Assembly: GCA_038329675.1 (NCBI GenBank)
Contig: JBBQNE010000001.1
Coordinates: forward strand, 1 to 61,376
Source of the DNA: Hyphomicrobiales bacterium
Lineage (GTDB): Bacteria > Pseudomonadota > Alphaproteobacteria > Rhizobiales > Hyphomicrobiaceae
Direction of reading: 5' to 3'
DNA: 61,376 nucleotides
This document shows positions 39,071 to 52,285 of this stretch, piece after piece (positions within the stretch are counted from its first letter, which is position 1; each line of letters begins with the position of its first letter). Below the pieces are notes generated by a model. That model worked only from the letters and a program-made list of their open reading frames with translations, was not told where the DNA came from and searched no databases. The translations under genes were made by a program, and so were the position numbers.

Positions 39071-39637
39071 CTATCCAGGTGCCTTTAAAACGTCGGCGGC
39101 GAACTGCAATGCCGCCTCGGTAAACATAACTTGCGCTTGAAAATACGTGCCAACGGGAACGCTTTTGATCCCGTGGGCGACAATCGATGCCTGCGCTTCG
39201 AGGCTCGAGACGAACAGGCCGAGGCCAAGCCCGAACATCCGGGCGAGGCCGTGATCGGCGTTCGCGTTTGGCTCGTTAGAGTTGTGAGTTGTTTCAACCG
39301 CTGTAGCGTCGCGCGCCTGTTGCCCACTCAATCGCGGCCCACTCAATCGCGGCCCACTCAATCGCGGCTCGGCTGTTTGAGCCGCAGCAATGGTTCGATG
39401 CTGGCCGCCAGCATGGGAGCCCGACCCTTCGGCTGCCCCGAACGCTTGAAGCGAGGCGTGATATTTGTCCCTGAGGCGGCGAATAACAGAGGGGTCGCTG
39501 ATCCCGAGTTCCTTGATCGCCGTGGTCGGTTTCATATCGGGGTTTGCCGAAATCAGCCCAGCGATAGCGTCGATCTGGGCGCTATCATCGAGCCCGGTGC
39601 CTTTTGGGCGGCCCCGGCCAATTCTTTGCGGTGTCAT
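39071..39637 (-). CDS. hypothetical protein with a putative N-terminal HTH and an internal (PRLSG)3 repeat
   Basis: N-terminus GRGRPKGTGLDD...TTAIKELGISDPSVIRRLRDKY looks HTH-like. The C-terminal roughly 60 aa are hydrophobic/amphipathic. No family recognised. Confidence 0.45.
   Translation of the reverse strand: MTPQRIGRGRPKGTGLDDSAQIDAIAGLISANPDMKPTTAIKELGISDPSVIRRLRDKYHASLQAFGAAEGSGSHAGGQHRTIAAAQTAEPRLSGPRLSGPRLSGQQARDATAVETTHNSNEPNANADHGLARMFGLGLGLFVSSLEAQASIVAHGIKSVPVGTYFQAQVMFTEAALQFAADVLKAPG
39323..39367. repeat. 15-bp perfect tandem repeat x3 (cccactcaatcgcgg), in frame
   Basis: Three identical adjacent copies read directly. They encode PRLSGPRLSGPRLSG on the minus strand. Confidence 0.95.
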
Positions 39638-39833
39638 GGAAAATCCCTGGCGGAATCAATTCGTTATTGCTCCAGACGGTGCCGTACGCCGCCAACCTCG
39701 CCAAGGAGAATAATCCTGAGAAGACCAAAATAGAGAAGGCTTGCAGCGACATGTGTTGCTCAGATACAAGATATTCTCAAGTTGATGCGCTAACTCGATG
39801 ATTACAAGTGCATTCCCGTAACCGCTTAGCACG

Positions 39834-40838
39834 TCACGCTGCCGCAGCGATCCCGTGTGTCTTCGCCAGCGTCGCCAAATTGGCTTGCGGCCGCGCACCC
39901 ACATGCGAAATCACTTCCGCTGCCGCCATGGCCCCTAACCGGGCTGATGTTTCGTGCGGGAGACCGCGCGCGACGCCATAAAGGAAGCCGGCTGCAAAGA
40001 GGTCGCCGGCCCCGGTGGTGTCGACGACCGCATCAACCCGTTGCGCTGGAACGGCTTGGGTCGCGCCGCCAGAAACAACGATACAGCCGTTAGCGCTGCG
40101 CGTCAGAACCGCAAGCGGAACGTCGCCACCTATTGCCCGGGCGGCCGCATCGAAGTCCGCGCCGGTCTGATACAACGCTGCGACTTCGCTCTCGTTGGCA
40201 AACACAATGTCGACGCCCGACCTCATGAAGTCGAGAAACTCAGCCCGATGACGATCGACGCAGAACGCGTCCGATAACGTCAGAGCAACCTTGCGGCCAG
40301 CTCCGCGTGCGATCTCAACAGCTTGGCGAAATGCCGCTTTTCCTGGCGGCGCATCAAACAAGTATCCTTCGAGATAGACGATCCCAGCAGATGAGATCAG
40401 GCCCACATCAAGGTCGGCTTTATCAAAGGCGGTCGAAATGCCAAGAAACGTGTTCATCGTCCGCTCGCCGTCCGGCGTGACCAAGATCAGCGACCGCGAC
40501 GTCTGCCCGCCCGCCACCGCAGTGCCCGAAAAAGCGACGCCCTGGGCCGTGATGTCATGCTTGAAGATGGCGCCAAACTGATCACCGCCGATCTTGCCGA
40601 TGAAGCCAGCTTTGCCGCCCAGCGACGCAATGCCAGCCATGGTATTGGCCGCCGAACCGCCCGAGATTTCAATCCCTGGCCCCATCGCATCATAAAGCGC
40701 CATCAGCGCCGCCGTGTCGACGAGCCTCATGCTGCCTTTTGCGGCCTCAAAACGGGCCAGAAACGCGTCGTCGCAACGTCCGATGATATCGACAATGGCG
40801 TTGCCGATACCGACAACGTCGAGGCTGGGGGCGGGCAT
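39834..40838 (-). CDS. PfkB-family adenosine/carbohydrate kinase
   Basis: DVVGIGNAIVDII at the N-terminus and DTTGAGDLFAAGFLYG near the C-terminus. Confidence 0.8.
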   Translation of the reverse strand: MPAPSLDVVGIGNAIVDIIGRCDDAFLARFEAAKGSMRLVDTAALMALYDAMGPGIEISGGSAANTMAGIASLGGKAGFIGKIGGDQFGAIFKHDITAQGVAFSGTAVAGGQTSRSLILVTPDGERTMNTFLGISTAFDKADLDVGLISSAGIVYLEGYLFDAPPGKAAFRQAVEIARGAGRKVALTLSDAFCVDRHRAEFLDFMRSGVDIVFANESEVAALYQTGADFDAAARAIGGDVPLAVLTRSANGCIVVSGGATQAVPAQRVDAVVDTTGAGDLFAAGFLYGVARGLPHETSARLGAMAAAEVISHVGARPQANLATLAKTHGIAAAA

Positions 40839-40922
40839 GGTACGGTCCAGGTTGCTTGGTCTGCCGTCGCGTTACCGGAACACACCGCGCGAGGGAATGT
40901 GGCGCGGTAGGCGACGACACCC

Positions 40923-41963
40923 CTACCCCTTCGCCCGCGCCATGGCCGACAGCCGCAACAGCAGGCGTTCGACCAGAATGTCGTCCAGCGCGCCGGTTTG
41001 ACGAGTTGCGGCCACCGTCGTTCTGATCTCGCCAAGCGCTGCCGTCAATCGCGACATGGACCACGCGCGGCACTGCTGAGCGAGCGCAGCTTGGGCTTTG
41101 AACGGCACGGGTGGGCGCAAGCTGCGGATCGCTTCGTCCAGGCTGCGGCCGCCATCAACTGCCGCGCGGAGCCGATGGAGCTTGAGGAAATAGCGCTGCG
41201 TTGCCAAAACGATCGTCTGCGCCCCATCGCCAGCAGCTATCGCCCGGTCCGCGTCGGTTGCCGCCGTGAGGCTGTCACCGGCAGCGGCTGCCTCGGGGAT
41301 GCGGTCAAGTTGCAGGTCGCTAGCATCGCCGACGGCGGCTTCCACGTCTTCAGCCGTAACCTCCCCGCGACCGTGGGCATAAAGCGCAAGTTTCTCAAGT
41401 TCGCCGCGCGATAGGCCGCGATCGGCGCCGAGGCGGCTGACCAGCACGTCGCGTACGTCGGGTGCAATTTTGAGCCCGTTGGCCCGCAGGACTTCTGTTG
41501 CGAGCTGGGCCAGGTCCTGTTCGCTATCAGCGTAACATGGGATGGCTGCCGCGATCGGAGACTTTTCAAATACCGGCCGCAACCCCTCATCGGCGCGCAA
41601 GTTGCCAGCCTCGATAATCAGGACCCCGGCAAGCCCACCTGACTGACCGGCTGCCTCGAGCAACGGCTTGATCGTGAGCGTGGTGACACGCCGCCCAGTG
41701 CGCGTGCGAACGATTTTGCGCCCACCAAACATCGGGATTGTCTGCAACTCAAGCAAAAGCCGACCAGAATCCTCTTCGAGATCAGCGTCCTCGATCGAAA
41801 TCACTTCTCCCGGTGGGTTGTCGCGCGCCGCCATCACGCGTGCCAACCGCAGCGCGCGCTCAGCCACGAGCCCGGCGTCAGGCCCGTAAAACAAAATCGC
41901 CGAGATTGCGGGATCGGGCGCCTTAAGGAACGCTTCGGCCTGGTTGGCCTTAATTGCGCCCAC
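40923..41963 (-). CDS. holA: DNA polymerase III subunit delta
   Basis: About 346 aa, with N-terminal AILFYGPDAGLV. Sits in the conserved leuS-lptE-holA arrangement. Confidence 0.75.
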   Translation of the reverse strand: MGAIKANQAEAFLKAPDPAISAILFYGPDAGLVAERALRLARVMAARDNPPGEVISIEDADLEEDSGRLLLELQTIPMFGGRKIVRTRTGRRVTTLTIKPLLEAAGQSGGLAGVLIIEAGNLRADEGLRPVFEKSPIAAAIPCYADSEQDLAQLATEVLRANGLKIAPDVRDVLVSRLGADRGLSRGELEKLALYAHGRGEVTAEDVEAAVGDASDLQLDRIPEAAAAGDSLTAATDADRAIAAGDGAQTIVLATQRYFLKLHRLRAAVDGGRSLDEAIRSLRPPVPFKAQAALAQQCRAWSMSRLTAALGEIRTTVAATRQTGALDDILVERLLLRLSAMARAKG

Positions 41964-41968
41964 TGTGA

Positions 41969-42551
41969 TTAGGTCGTCGACAGGAACGCTGAAATGCGCG
42001 AGCGCAAATCAAGTGCGATCGTCTTCGCCGCCCGGTTTTGTGCATCGTCTTGCGCGCGCACATTCGAGTAGATCGACGGGTTACGCTCAAAACCAGCGCG
42101 ACCGAAGCTAACGCCTTTCATCACGACGGTCTTGTCCGACACTCGGATCAGGTTGAACGTCGCGTCCGCTGAATAGATTTGGCTCAGTGCGTCGCCGTCG
42201 GTTTTCACCAACGTGGACGTCACGTTTTCGCGCACCGCGATTTCGAGGCGGTAGGCAGGCGTCTGTTTTTCGCCGCCGCCGGTCGTATCAAAGATCAATT
42301 CGTTGCGCAGCCGCTGCCCAAGGCGCCCCGGGACAGGCGCGATATCAACCTGCGAAAACTTGACGCCAGAACCAGAGCCTGCGCCCAGATTACCGTTGAG
42401 CGGCCGGAAGCCCTGACCATCAGCACAACCGCCCAGAATGCCAACGGTGCTCAGCGCTATGGCGCCCGCGATCACGAATGAACGGGCAATGGAACGGGCA
42501 GCGCGGCGCCCCACCAAAGGTCGGTGCTCCGTTGCTACCAGCGATTGCCCG

Positions 42552-42565
<14 letters not shown>
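41969..42565 (-). CDS. lptE: LPS-assembly lipoprotein LptE
   Basis: Signal peptide with lipobox ILGGC, immediately downstream of leuS. The start is uncertain and overlaps the leuS stop. Confidence 0.6.
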
Positions 42566-45278
<2,713 letters not shown>

Positions 45279-45362
45279 CTACAGGAGATCGGACGGCGGT
45301 TCTATCGAGACGATGTCGCCGATACCGGCTCATTGGCGCGAAAACCCAGCAGCCGGCGTCGC

Positions 45363-45576
45363 ATATGTCGACGATCGCAGGATTGATCGACATAGCGAAC
45401 CTTATATATCGATCGCTTCGACACGTCCCGCCCCTCATGTCGACAAATATCAATTTAATCGACTTATCTGATCCGATATGTCGACGTGATCGACACGTTC
45501 CCACACATATGTCGACATTATTGCGTTATATCGACATATCCGCCATAACATGTCGATCAAGCAAACGTCGATCAAG
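45363..45576. repeat. iteron-like array of ATGTCGAC / TCGACAT motifs with ~72-bp higher-order periodicity
   Basis: TCGA cores at 45368, 45387, 45409, 45418, 45440, 45459, 45481, 45490, 45512, 45530, 45553 and 45568. Spacings alternate about 22/9/22/19, and the pattern recurs every 71-72 bp. Includes the 10-bp palindrome ATGTCGACAT (45509..45518) and the conserved block TCGACACGTYCC-N8/N9-ATGTCGACA twice. Confidence 0.85.
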
Positions 45577-45598
45577 CGAACATGGGTAGCGACTGGCC

Positions 45599-46897
45599 AT
45601 GACAACGAAACGTCCCAACGCTGGCCCTGCAACTCGAGCTAGCGGCCGCACCCGCACCCGTAACCGCAAGCCAGCCAACACCACCGCGCTAGCCAGCATC
45701 AGCCCTCCAACCGGGGCCGTGGCCCCCCGCTCAGCCGCTGCGACCAAACCTGCAAGGACTGAGGCAGTGACAACCGCAATCGCCCCCACCCGGGCCAAAT
45801 TCGACCCCCTCCGGGCCTACAACGACCTCCCGAAATTACCGCCTTCGGCCGAACTCGAAACAAAGCCAGTTCTCAAGGCCTGCGTCACCGCGCGCGCAGC
45901 GCTCGCCGAGCTTCGGCTCGCGGGCGAACTGATCCCCAACCCGTCGGTGCTGATCAATACGATCCCAATGCTTGAAGCCAAGGACAGCTCCGAAATTGAA
46001 CTCATCGTTACGACGAATGACGCCCTGTTTCGCGAGGCGAGCTTGAACGAAGGTGCCGACCCCGCGACAAAGGAAGCGCTCCGCTACCGGGCCGCCCTCT
46101 ACCAGGGTCTCGACGCGATCAAAACTCGCCCGCTGGCGACAAATACCGCCGTCGATATTTGCCGCACGTTGAAGGACCAACAACTCGATATTCGTCGGGT
46201 GTCCGGCACGACCTTGCAAAACAGCACGACCGGTGAAGTGATCTACACTCCACCCGAGGGCGAGCAGCGGCTGCGAGACCTGCTGGCAAATTGGGAGGAC
46301 TTCCTCCACCGCGACGACGATCTCGACCCGCTCGTCACGATGAGCGTGCTCCACTATCAATTCGAGGCGATCCACCCCTTCGTTGACGGCAACGGCCGAA
46401 CCGGACGCATACTCAATGTGCTCGTCCTCGTTGAGGCGGGGCTGCTCGACTTGCCGACGCTCTATCTCTCGCGGCACATTGTTCGCACCAAGCCACAGTA
46501 TTACGCGCTGCTGCGCGGCGTCACGTCGGACGGGGCGTGGGAGCCGTGGATCCTGTATATGTTGCAGGCGGTGGAGCTGACCTCAAAGTGGACAACGCAA
46601 AAAGTCCGCGCGATCCGTGCCCAAATGGAGCACACTGCCGAACATGTGCGGATGGCAGTCCCGAAAATCTATTCGCGCGAACTCGTCGACCTGATGTTCA
46701 CGGCGCCCTACTGCCGGATCGGCGACATCGTCGATGCGGGGATCGCAAAGCGCCAAACCGCGTCTGAATACCTGAAGGCGCTCGCCACGGCGGGCGTACT
46801 GCTCGAAGAGCGAGCCGGGCGCGACAAGGTCTTCATCCACCGAGCCTATATCGACTTGTTGTCGAGCGACACCCACGAGTTCCGGAGATACAATTGA
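45599..46897 (+). CDS. Fic family protein (Fic_N + Fic + C-terminal wHTH-like)
   Basis: Active-site motif HPFVDGNGRTGR and the N-terminal inhibitory-helix-like EAKDSSEIELIVTT. The first ~56 aa are low-complexity, so GTG 45767 (AAGGA 8 nt upstream) is an alternative start giving 376 aa. Confidence 0.85.
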   Translation: MTTKRPNAGPATRASGRTRTRNRKPANTTALASISPPTGAVAPRSAAATKPARTEAVTTAIAPTRAKFDPLRAYNDLPKLPPSAELETKPVLKACVTARAALAELRLAGELIPNPSVLINTIPMLEAKDSSEIELIVTTNDALFREASLNEGADPATKEALRYRAALYQGLDAIKTRPLATNTAVDICRTLKDQQLDIRRVSGTTLQNSTTGEVIYTPPEGEQRLRDLLANWEDFLHRDDDLDPLVTMSVLHYQFEAIHPFVDGNGRTGRILNVLVLVEAGLLDLPTLYLSRHIVRTKPQYYALLRGVTSDGAWEPWILYMLQAVELTSKWTTQKVRAIRAQMEHTAEHVRMAVPKIYSRELVDLMFTAPYCRIGDIVDAGIAKRQTASEYLKALATAGVLLEERAGRDKVFIHRAYIDLLSSDTHEFRRYN

Positions 46898-47634
46898 TGA
46901 CGACAACCAGCCCGGCGCCAGCCTTAACGGCACCAGAGTCAGGGACATCGGTGCCAACGGTAGCTTCCGCATCGCACGCGCCCGCGCGGCTCGCGACAGT
47001 CCAAGGCAAGGTCGACCAAGCCGCTCGCGAGGCCAGCCGTGACACCCACTCCGTCAACCTGATTGCCGTATCAAAGACGTTTGATGCTGCCGACATCCGC
47101 CCCCTACTTGAGGCGAACCATCGCCACTTTGGCGAAAACCGCGTCCAGGAGGCGCAAGGCAAGTGGCCGGGCCTGCGCCAGGATTACCCGGGCGTGACGC
47201 TTCATCTCATTGGCCCGCTACAATCAAACAAAGCCGCCGACGCCGTCGCCCTGTTCGATATCATCCACACCGTCGACAGGCCCAAGATCGCAACCGCGCT
47301 GGCCGCCGAGATGGCCAAGCAAGGCCGCCGTCTCCAAGTGTTTGTGCAGGTCAACACCGGCAAGGAGCCGCAAAAGGCCGGCATCATGCCGGAGGATGCG
47401 AGCGCTTTCGTCAGCCATTGCCGCAACGTGGAGCAACTCGATGTCGTCGGCCTCATGTGCATTCCCCCGGTTGACGAGGAAGCAGCCATCCATTTTGCGT
47501 TTCTAGCAAAGCTCAATCTTGAATTGGAATTGCCGCGCCTCAGCATGGGCATGAGCGGCGATTACGAAACGGCGATCGCATTTGGCGCAACCGACATCCG
47601 CGTCGGATCAGCGATTTTCGGCGCACGGGGCTAG
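46897..47634 (+). CDS. yggS: YggS family pyridoxal-phosphate homeostasis protein
   Basis: LIAVSKT, HFGENRVQEA and LSMGMSGDY. ATG 46897 overlaps the fic TGA by 1 nt; GTG 46951 is an alternative start. Confidence 0.85.
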   Translation: MTTTSPAPALTAPESGTSVPTVASASHAPARLATVQGKVDQAAREASRDTHSVNLIAVSKTFDAADIRPLLEANHRHFGENRVQEAQGKWPGLRQDYPGVTLHLIGPLQSNKAADAVALFDIIHTVDRPKIATALAAEMAKQGRRLQVFVQVNTGKEPQKAGIMPEDASAFVSHCRNVEQLDVVGLMCIPPVDEEAAIHFAFLAKLNLELELPRLSMGMSGDYETAIAFGATDIRVGSAIFGARG

Positions 47635-47881
47635 GTAATGGCAAGCGCCTCCAGCGGCCTAGACAGTGGACAACATTGGTCTACGTCAGCTTTGTGACAA
47701 TTCGATCACGTGTTGTGATGCAGACTCACAAGTTATCTGTTGGTTATATTGTCGAATGCTCGAATCAGAGGCAAATGGCGCGTACCGTAAATTCGGCACA
47801 GTAAATTCAAGAACACGAGCGGTTTGTTTCGCGTTTGTCTAGCGTCCGCTGTTGGAAAGACCAAGCAGACGGGAGATGACG

Positions 47882-49222
47882 ATGAAAAATGTTAGCCTAC
47901 TCGCCCTCGTGGCGGCAGGCGCTCTCGCCGGTGGTATCACCTCGGCGAACGCTGCTGACCTCGGCGGAAATTGCTGCACCGATCTCGAAGAGCGGATTGC
48001 AGAACTAGAAGCAACGACCGCACGCAAGGGCAACCGCAAAGTCTCTTTGACGGTCTCCGGCTGGGTTGCCGAGCAGGTCATCATCTGGGATGACGGCGTC
48101 GAAACCAACGCCTATCAGACGGGCCTTGGCGGCGCGCTTGACAGCCACTTCAAGTTTACGGGATCGGCGCAGATCTCGCCGGGCTACTCGGCGGGCTACG
48201 TGCTTCAGGTCGAAGCTGCCAGCAGCGCAAACCTCGGTGTATCGCAGATCGCAGACGACGGCGGCACGGGCATCTCGGTGCTCCAGAGCTTCTGGTTCAT
48301 CAAATCGGACCAACTCGGTCGCGTGTCGGTCGGTCTCCAGTCGTCAGCCGCCGACAACGTTGCCCTGCTGCCGGACGGCTCGGGCACGCTCGCCTTCGCT
48401 AACTACGTCCTATACGACGTGAACGGCTTCTTCGTTCGCCGCAATGGCGTGCGGAATACGACGGTGAATTGGGGTTCGCTCGCCACCTGTCAAGCCGCTG
48501 AGCCTGGCCTCGGTGCTGTTGGCCTCGGCGCTGACTGCGACGGCGTACCAAACAACAACGTGCGTTACGACACACCGACGTTCGCTGGCTTCTCCGCATC
48601 GGCTTCGTGGGGCGAAGATGATGTCGGTGCGGTTGCTGGTCGTTATGCTGGCGAATTCAACGGTATTAAGATCGCCGCTTCGATCGGTTACTTTGAAAAC
48701 ACCGACGATAATGGTGGTGGCCTTAAGGAAGTTGCTGAGCGCGCACGTGGCGGTAAGGAATCGGCGGCCCTTCAGGCTGGCCTTTACCTCCAGCACGTTC
48801 CAACGGGCTTGTTCGTCTACGGTGCCTACGGTCGTGACTTCAACGATGTAACTGGCGCAACGTTCGCCGGCCAGCAGCAGATCGACGGCGAGAACTACTA
48901 CATCAAGGCTGGTATCCGGCAGCGCTGGAACCCACTTGGTCACACCGTCCTGTTCGGTGAATACGGCAACAACAGCGACAAGCTGTCCAACGCCTTGTGG
49001 TCCGCTGGCGTCAACGCGTCGAACTTCGACCAGTTTGGCCTGGGCGTCGTGCAGGAAATCGACGCAGCGGCCATGTCGCTCTTCGCAATTTACCGTCACT
49101 ACGAAGGCGATGTCAGCTGCCGCGGCTCGGCCGTGCAGTGCGGCGGCCAAGGTCTAGTCGTTGGCAAGAACAACTTCGATGACCATCAGCTCTTCAAGTT
49201 CGGCGCTCTGATCAACTTCTGA
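47882..49222 (+). CDS. outer-membrane porin (Porin_2 / Omp2-RopA-like)
   Basis: Signal peptide MKNVSLLALVAAGALAGGITSANAADLGG, the coiled segment LEERIAELEA, a beta-rich body and a C-terminal ...GALINF. ATG 47882 has GGGAG 6 nt upstream. Confidence 0.8.
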   Translation: MKNVSLLALVAAGALAGGITSANAADLGGNCCTDLEERIAELEATTARKGNRKVSLTVSGWVAEQVIIWDDGVETNAYQTGLGGALDSHFKFTGSAQISPGYSAGYVLQVEAASSANLGVSQIADDGGTGISVLQSFWFIKSDQLGRVSVGLQSSAADNVALLPDGSGTLAFANYVLYDVNGFFVRRNGVRNTTVNWGSLATCQAAEPGLGAVGLGADCDGVPNNNVRYDTPTFAGFSASASWGEDDVGAVAGRYAGEFNGIKIAASIGYFENTDDNGGGLKEVAERARGGKESAALQAGLYLQHVPTGLFVYGAYGRDFNDVTGATFAGQQQIDGENYYIKAGIRQRWNPLGHTVLFGEYGNNSDKLSNALWSAGVNASNFDQFGLGVVQEIDAAAMSLFAIYRHYEGDVSCRGSAVQCGGQGLVVGKNNFDDHQLFKFGALINF

Positions 49223-49271
49223 TCTCTGCCACGACGGTCGAAATTACCGTCGAACGTCTGCAACGAAAATC

Positions 49272-49304
49272 GAGAGCCGCTCCATCCGGGGCGGCTCTTT
49301 TTCG
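49272..49304 (+). terminator. intrinsic terminator of the porin gene
   Basis: agagccgc/gcggctct stem (49273..49280 and 49291..49298) followed by tttttcgtt. Confidence 0.7.
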
Positions 49305-49581
49305 TTGCGCGCGTGCTGCAGCGAAGCCGCTCGGACTAACTTAGCGTTAACGATGCTCCCGGCCACTGTTCAACCGTTCACGATACGCCGCTTGAGAATG
49401 CAGAAGCCAATGCCGTCAGTATACGCCGCCCCGCATCCTTAGGCGAATTGCCCTTCCGTGTGCAGCGCGGTAGGCTCGTCGTCACAATTGAGGGAAGGTC
49501 GCGAACGCGAAGTCGCTTTTGACCGGCCAAACCACGGTACTCGCTCAATCAAAGCGCTGACCCCTGACCACCGAGACACAT

Positions 49582-49983
49582 ATGGCCCAACCCAACCGCG
49601 CGCAACCGCAACGAGAGCGACCCCTTTCGCCGCACCTCCAGGTGTATCGGCCGCTGATCAACATGGTGATGTCGATCTTTCACCGCATCACCGGCGTCGC
49701 GCTCTACGTCGGCACGATATTGCTGGCGTGGTGGTTAGCTGCCCTCGCCAGCGGCCCAACCTATTTCGCTTACGTCTCGGATCTCTTTGGATCGCTGCCG
49801 GGGCGCATCATCCTCCTCGGCTACACCTGGGTGCTGATGCACCACATGCTTGGAGGCCTCCGCCACTTTGTGTGGGACACGGGCTACGGCTATGACCTCG
49901 CGACCGTCGACAAGCTGTCGTGGGGCTCGATCATCGGTTCGCTCGGCCTGACGGGCATCATTTGGTTCCTGGCAACGCGGTAA
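49582..49983 (+). CDS. sdhC: succinate dehydrogenase cytochrome b556 subunit
   Basis: RPLSPHLQVYR and SIFHRITG, with 3 TM helices. Confidence 0.9.
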   Translation: MAQPNRAQPQRERPLSPHLQVYRPLINMVMSIFHRITGVALYVGTILLAWWLAALASGPTYFAYVSDLFGSLPGRIILLGYTWVLMHHMLGGLRHFVWDTGYGYDLATVDKLSWGSIIGSLGLTGIIWFLATR

Positions 49984-49994
49984 GGAAACCGGAC

Positions 49995-50381
49995 ATGGCT
50001 AGAAATTTCCGCACACCGCTAAAAAATGTCCGCTACCTCGGCTCGGCCAAGGAGGGCGCAGACCATTTCATCCTCCAGCGACTAACCGGTATGTCGAATG
50101 CGGTCCTTGCCGTGTTCCTGGTGTGGCTCGTGGCAAGCATCGCTGGCGCCAACCACGCAAGCGCAAAGGCGCTCGTTGCCAATCCGTTCGTCGCCATGGG
50201 GCTGTTGCTGCTCATCCTATCGGGCACCATCCACATGCGCCTCGGCATGCAAACGATCATCGAAGACTACGTCCACAACGAGGGGCCCAAGCTCGCCGCA
50301 CTCGCATTGAATACGTTTTTTGCGATCCTAGTTGCGCTGGCTTGCGTTTTCTCTGTCATGAAATTGAGCTTTGGAGCCTGA
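49995..50381 (+). CDS. sdhD: succinate dehydrogenase hydrophobic membrane anchor subunit
   Basis: [18 protein letters not shown] and IEDYVH. ORF trimmed to the ATG at 49995. Confidence 0.85.
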   Translation: MARNFRTPLKNVRYLGSAKEGADHFILQRLTGMSNAVLAVFLVWLVASIAGANHASAKALVANPFVAMGLLLLILSGTIHMRLGMQTIIEDYVHNEGPKLAALALNTFFAILVALACVFSVMKLSFGA

Positions 50382-50382
50382 C

Positions 50383-52269
50383 ATGTCGACGACAAATGGA
50401 CATGCGAATGGCCACGCCAACGGTCACGCAAATGGTAAATCGAACGGCAGCCACCCGTCGGCGCCTGGCACAAATGGCTGGGCTTACCCCGTCACCGACC
50501 ACGAATTCGATGTCATCGTCGTCGGCGCGGGTGGTGCTGGACTGCGGGCGGCCTTGGGTGCCGCCGAGGCCGGGCTGAAGACGGCCTGCATCTCAAAGGT
50601 GTTCCCGACGCGCTCCCACACGGTCGCAGCCCAGGGCGGCGTCGCAGCCGCACTTGGCAACATGGGCCCCGACGACTGGAAGTGGCACATGTACGACACC
50701 GTCAAAGGTGCCGACTGGCTCGGTGACCAGGACGCGATCGAATACCTGTGCCGCAACGCGCCAGCCGCCGTTTACGAACTTGAGCACTACGGCGTGCCGT
50801 TTTCTCGGACCGAAGACGGCAAAATCTACCAACGCCCGTTCGGCGGCATGACGACCGAGTTCGGCGAGGGCCCGCCCGCTCAACGCACGTGCGCGGCAGC
50901 CGACCGAACCGGTCACGCCATGCTGCACACGCTTTATGGCCAAGCGCTGCGCCACCAGGCCGAGTTCTTCATCGAATACTTCGCCATCGACCTGTTGATG
51001 GACCACGAGGGCACCTGCCACGGGGTCGTCGCCCTGAACCTCGATGACGGCACGCTGCATACGTTCCGCGCCCAAAAGACGGTCCTCGCGACGGGTGGGT
51101 ATGGCCGCGCCTATTTCTCCTGCACATCGGCCCACACCTGCACCGGCGACGGCAATGCCATGGTGCTGCGCGCGGGACTACCGCTCCAGGACATGGAGTT
51201 CGTACAGTTCCACCCGACTGGCATTTACGGTGCGGGCGTCCTCATCACGGAAGGCGCGCGCGGCGAAGGCGGCTACCTCACCAACAGCCAGGGCGAGCGC
51301 TTCATGGAGCGCTATGCGCCCCATGCCAAAGACCTCGCCTCTCGCGATGTCGTGTCAAGGTCGATGACGGTCGAGATCCGCGACGGACGCGGCGTTGGCC
51401 GCGACGGCGACCATATTTATCTCCACCTCGACCACCTCGACCCAAAGATCTTAGCCGAGCGACTGCCGGGCATCACCGAAAACGCCAAGGTCTTTGCGGG
51501 AGTCGACTTGCGCCGTCAGCCGATCCCCGTCATCCCGACGGTCCATTACAACATGGGCGGCATCCCAACGAACTTCCACGGCGAAGTGCTGACCAAGATC
51601 AACGGCGATCCAGATCGCGTCGTGCCGGGCCTGATGGCGGTTGGTGAAGCCGCCTGCGTTTCGGTCCACGGCGCAAACCGCCTCGGCTCGAACTCGTTGA
51701 TCGACCTCGTGGTGTTTGGCCGCGCAGCCGGTCTGCGCTGCGTTGAAACCGTCGAGCCCGGCGCCAAGCTTCCGCGCCTGTCCGCCGATGCTGCCGACGC
51801 GGCGCTTTCGCGACTTGATCGCCTGCGCCACGCCGATGGCTCAACGCCAACGTCAGCGCTGCGCAGCCGGATGCAAAAAGTCATGCAGACGAATTGCGCC
51901 GTATTCCGCGACGGCACCGTCCTCGAAGAGGGCGTTCAAAAGATGAACGCGATCTGGAAAGACAGCGAGGATATCAAGGTCACCGACCGCTCGCTGATTT
52001 GGAATTCAGACCTCGTCGAGACCCTCGAATACGACAACCTGATTTGCCAGGCCGTCGTGACCGTCGTCAGCGCCGAGAACCGCAAAGAGAGCCGCGGCGC
52101 GCACGCGCGTGAGGATTATTCCAAGCGCGATGACACCAACTGGATGGTCCACTCGTTGGCCTTCGCCGACGATAAATCAAAGCGCGTCACGCTTGACACG
52201 CGCCCTGTCCACACCCGCACGCTGACCAACGAGGTCAAATACATCGAGCCCAAAGCGCGCGTGTATTGA
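50383..52269 (+). CDS. sdhA: succinate dehydrogenase flavoprotein subunit
   Basis: [41 protein letters not shown]. The ATG has GGAG 6 nt upstream. Confidence 0.95.
   Translation: MSTTNGHANGHANGHANGKSNGSHPSAPGTNGWAYPVTDHEFDVIVVGAGGAGLRAALGAAEAGLKTACISKVFPTRSHTVAAQGGVAAALGNMGPDDWKWHMYDTVKGADWLGDQDAIEYLCRNAPAAVYELEHYGVPFSRTEDGKIYQRPFGGMTTEFGEGPPAQRTCAAADRTGHAMLHTLYGQALRHQAEFFIEYFAIDLLMDHEGTCHGVVALNLDDGTLHTFRAQKTVLATGGYGRAYFSCTSAHTCTGDGNAMVLRAGLPLQDMEFVQFHPTGIYGAGVLITEGARGEGGYLTNSQGERFMERYAPHAKDLASRDVVSRSMTVEIRDGRGVGRDGDHIYLHLDHLDPKILAERLPGITENAKVFAGVDLRRQPIPVIPTVHYNMGGIPTNFHGEVLTKINGDPDRVVPGLMAVGEAACVSVHGANRLGSNSLIDLVVFGRAAGLRCVETVEPGAKLPRLSADAADAALSRLDRLRHADGSTPTSALRSRMQKVMQTNCAVFRDGTVLEEGVQKMNAIWKDSEDIKVTDRSLIWNSDLVETLEYDNLICQAVVTVVSAENRKESRGAHAREDYSKRDDTNWMVHSLAFADDKSKRVTLDTRPVHTRTLTNEVKYIEPKARVY
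50398..50445. repeat. imperfect 12-bp periodic repeat encoding (GHAN)3-GKSN at the SdhA N-terminus
   Basis: ggacatgcgaat ggccacgccaac ggtcacgcaaat ggtaaatcgaac. The first three copies differ only at synonymous positions. Confidence 0.8.
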
Positions 52270-52285
52270 AGACGCAGGCCTCAAG

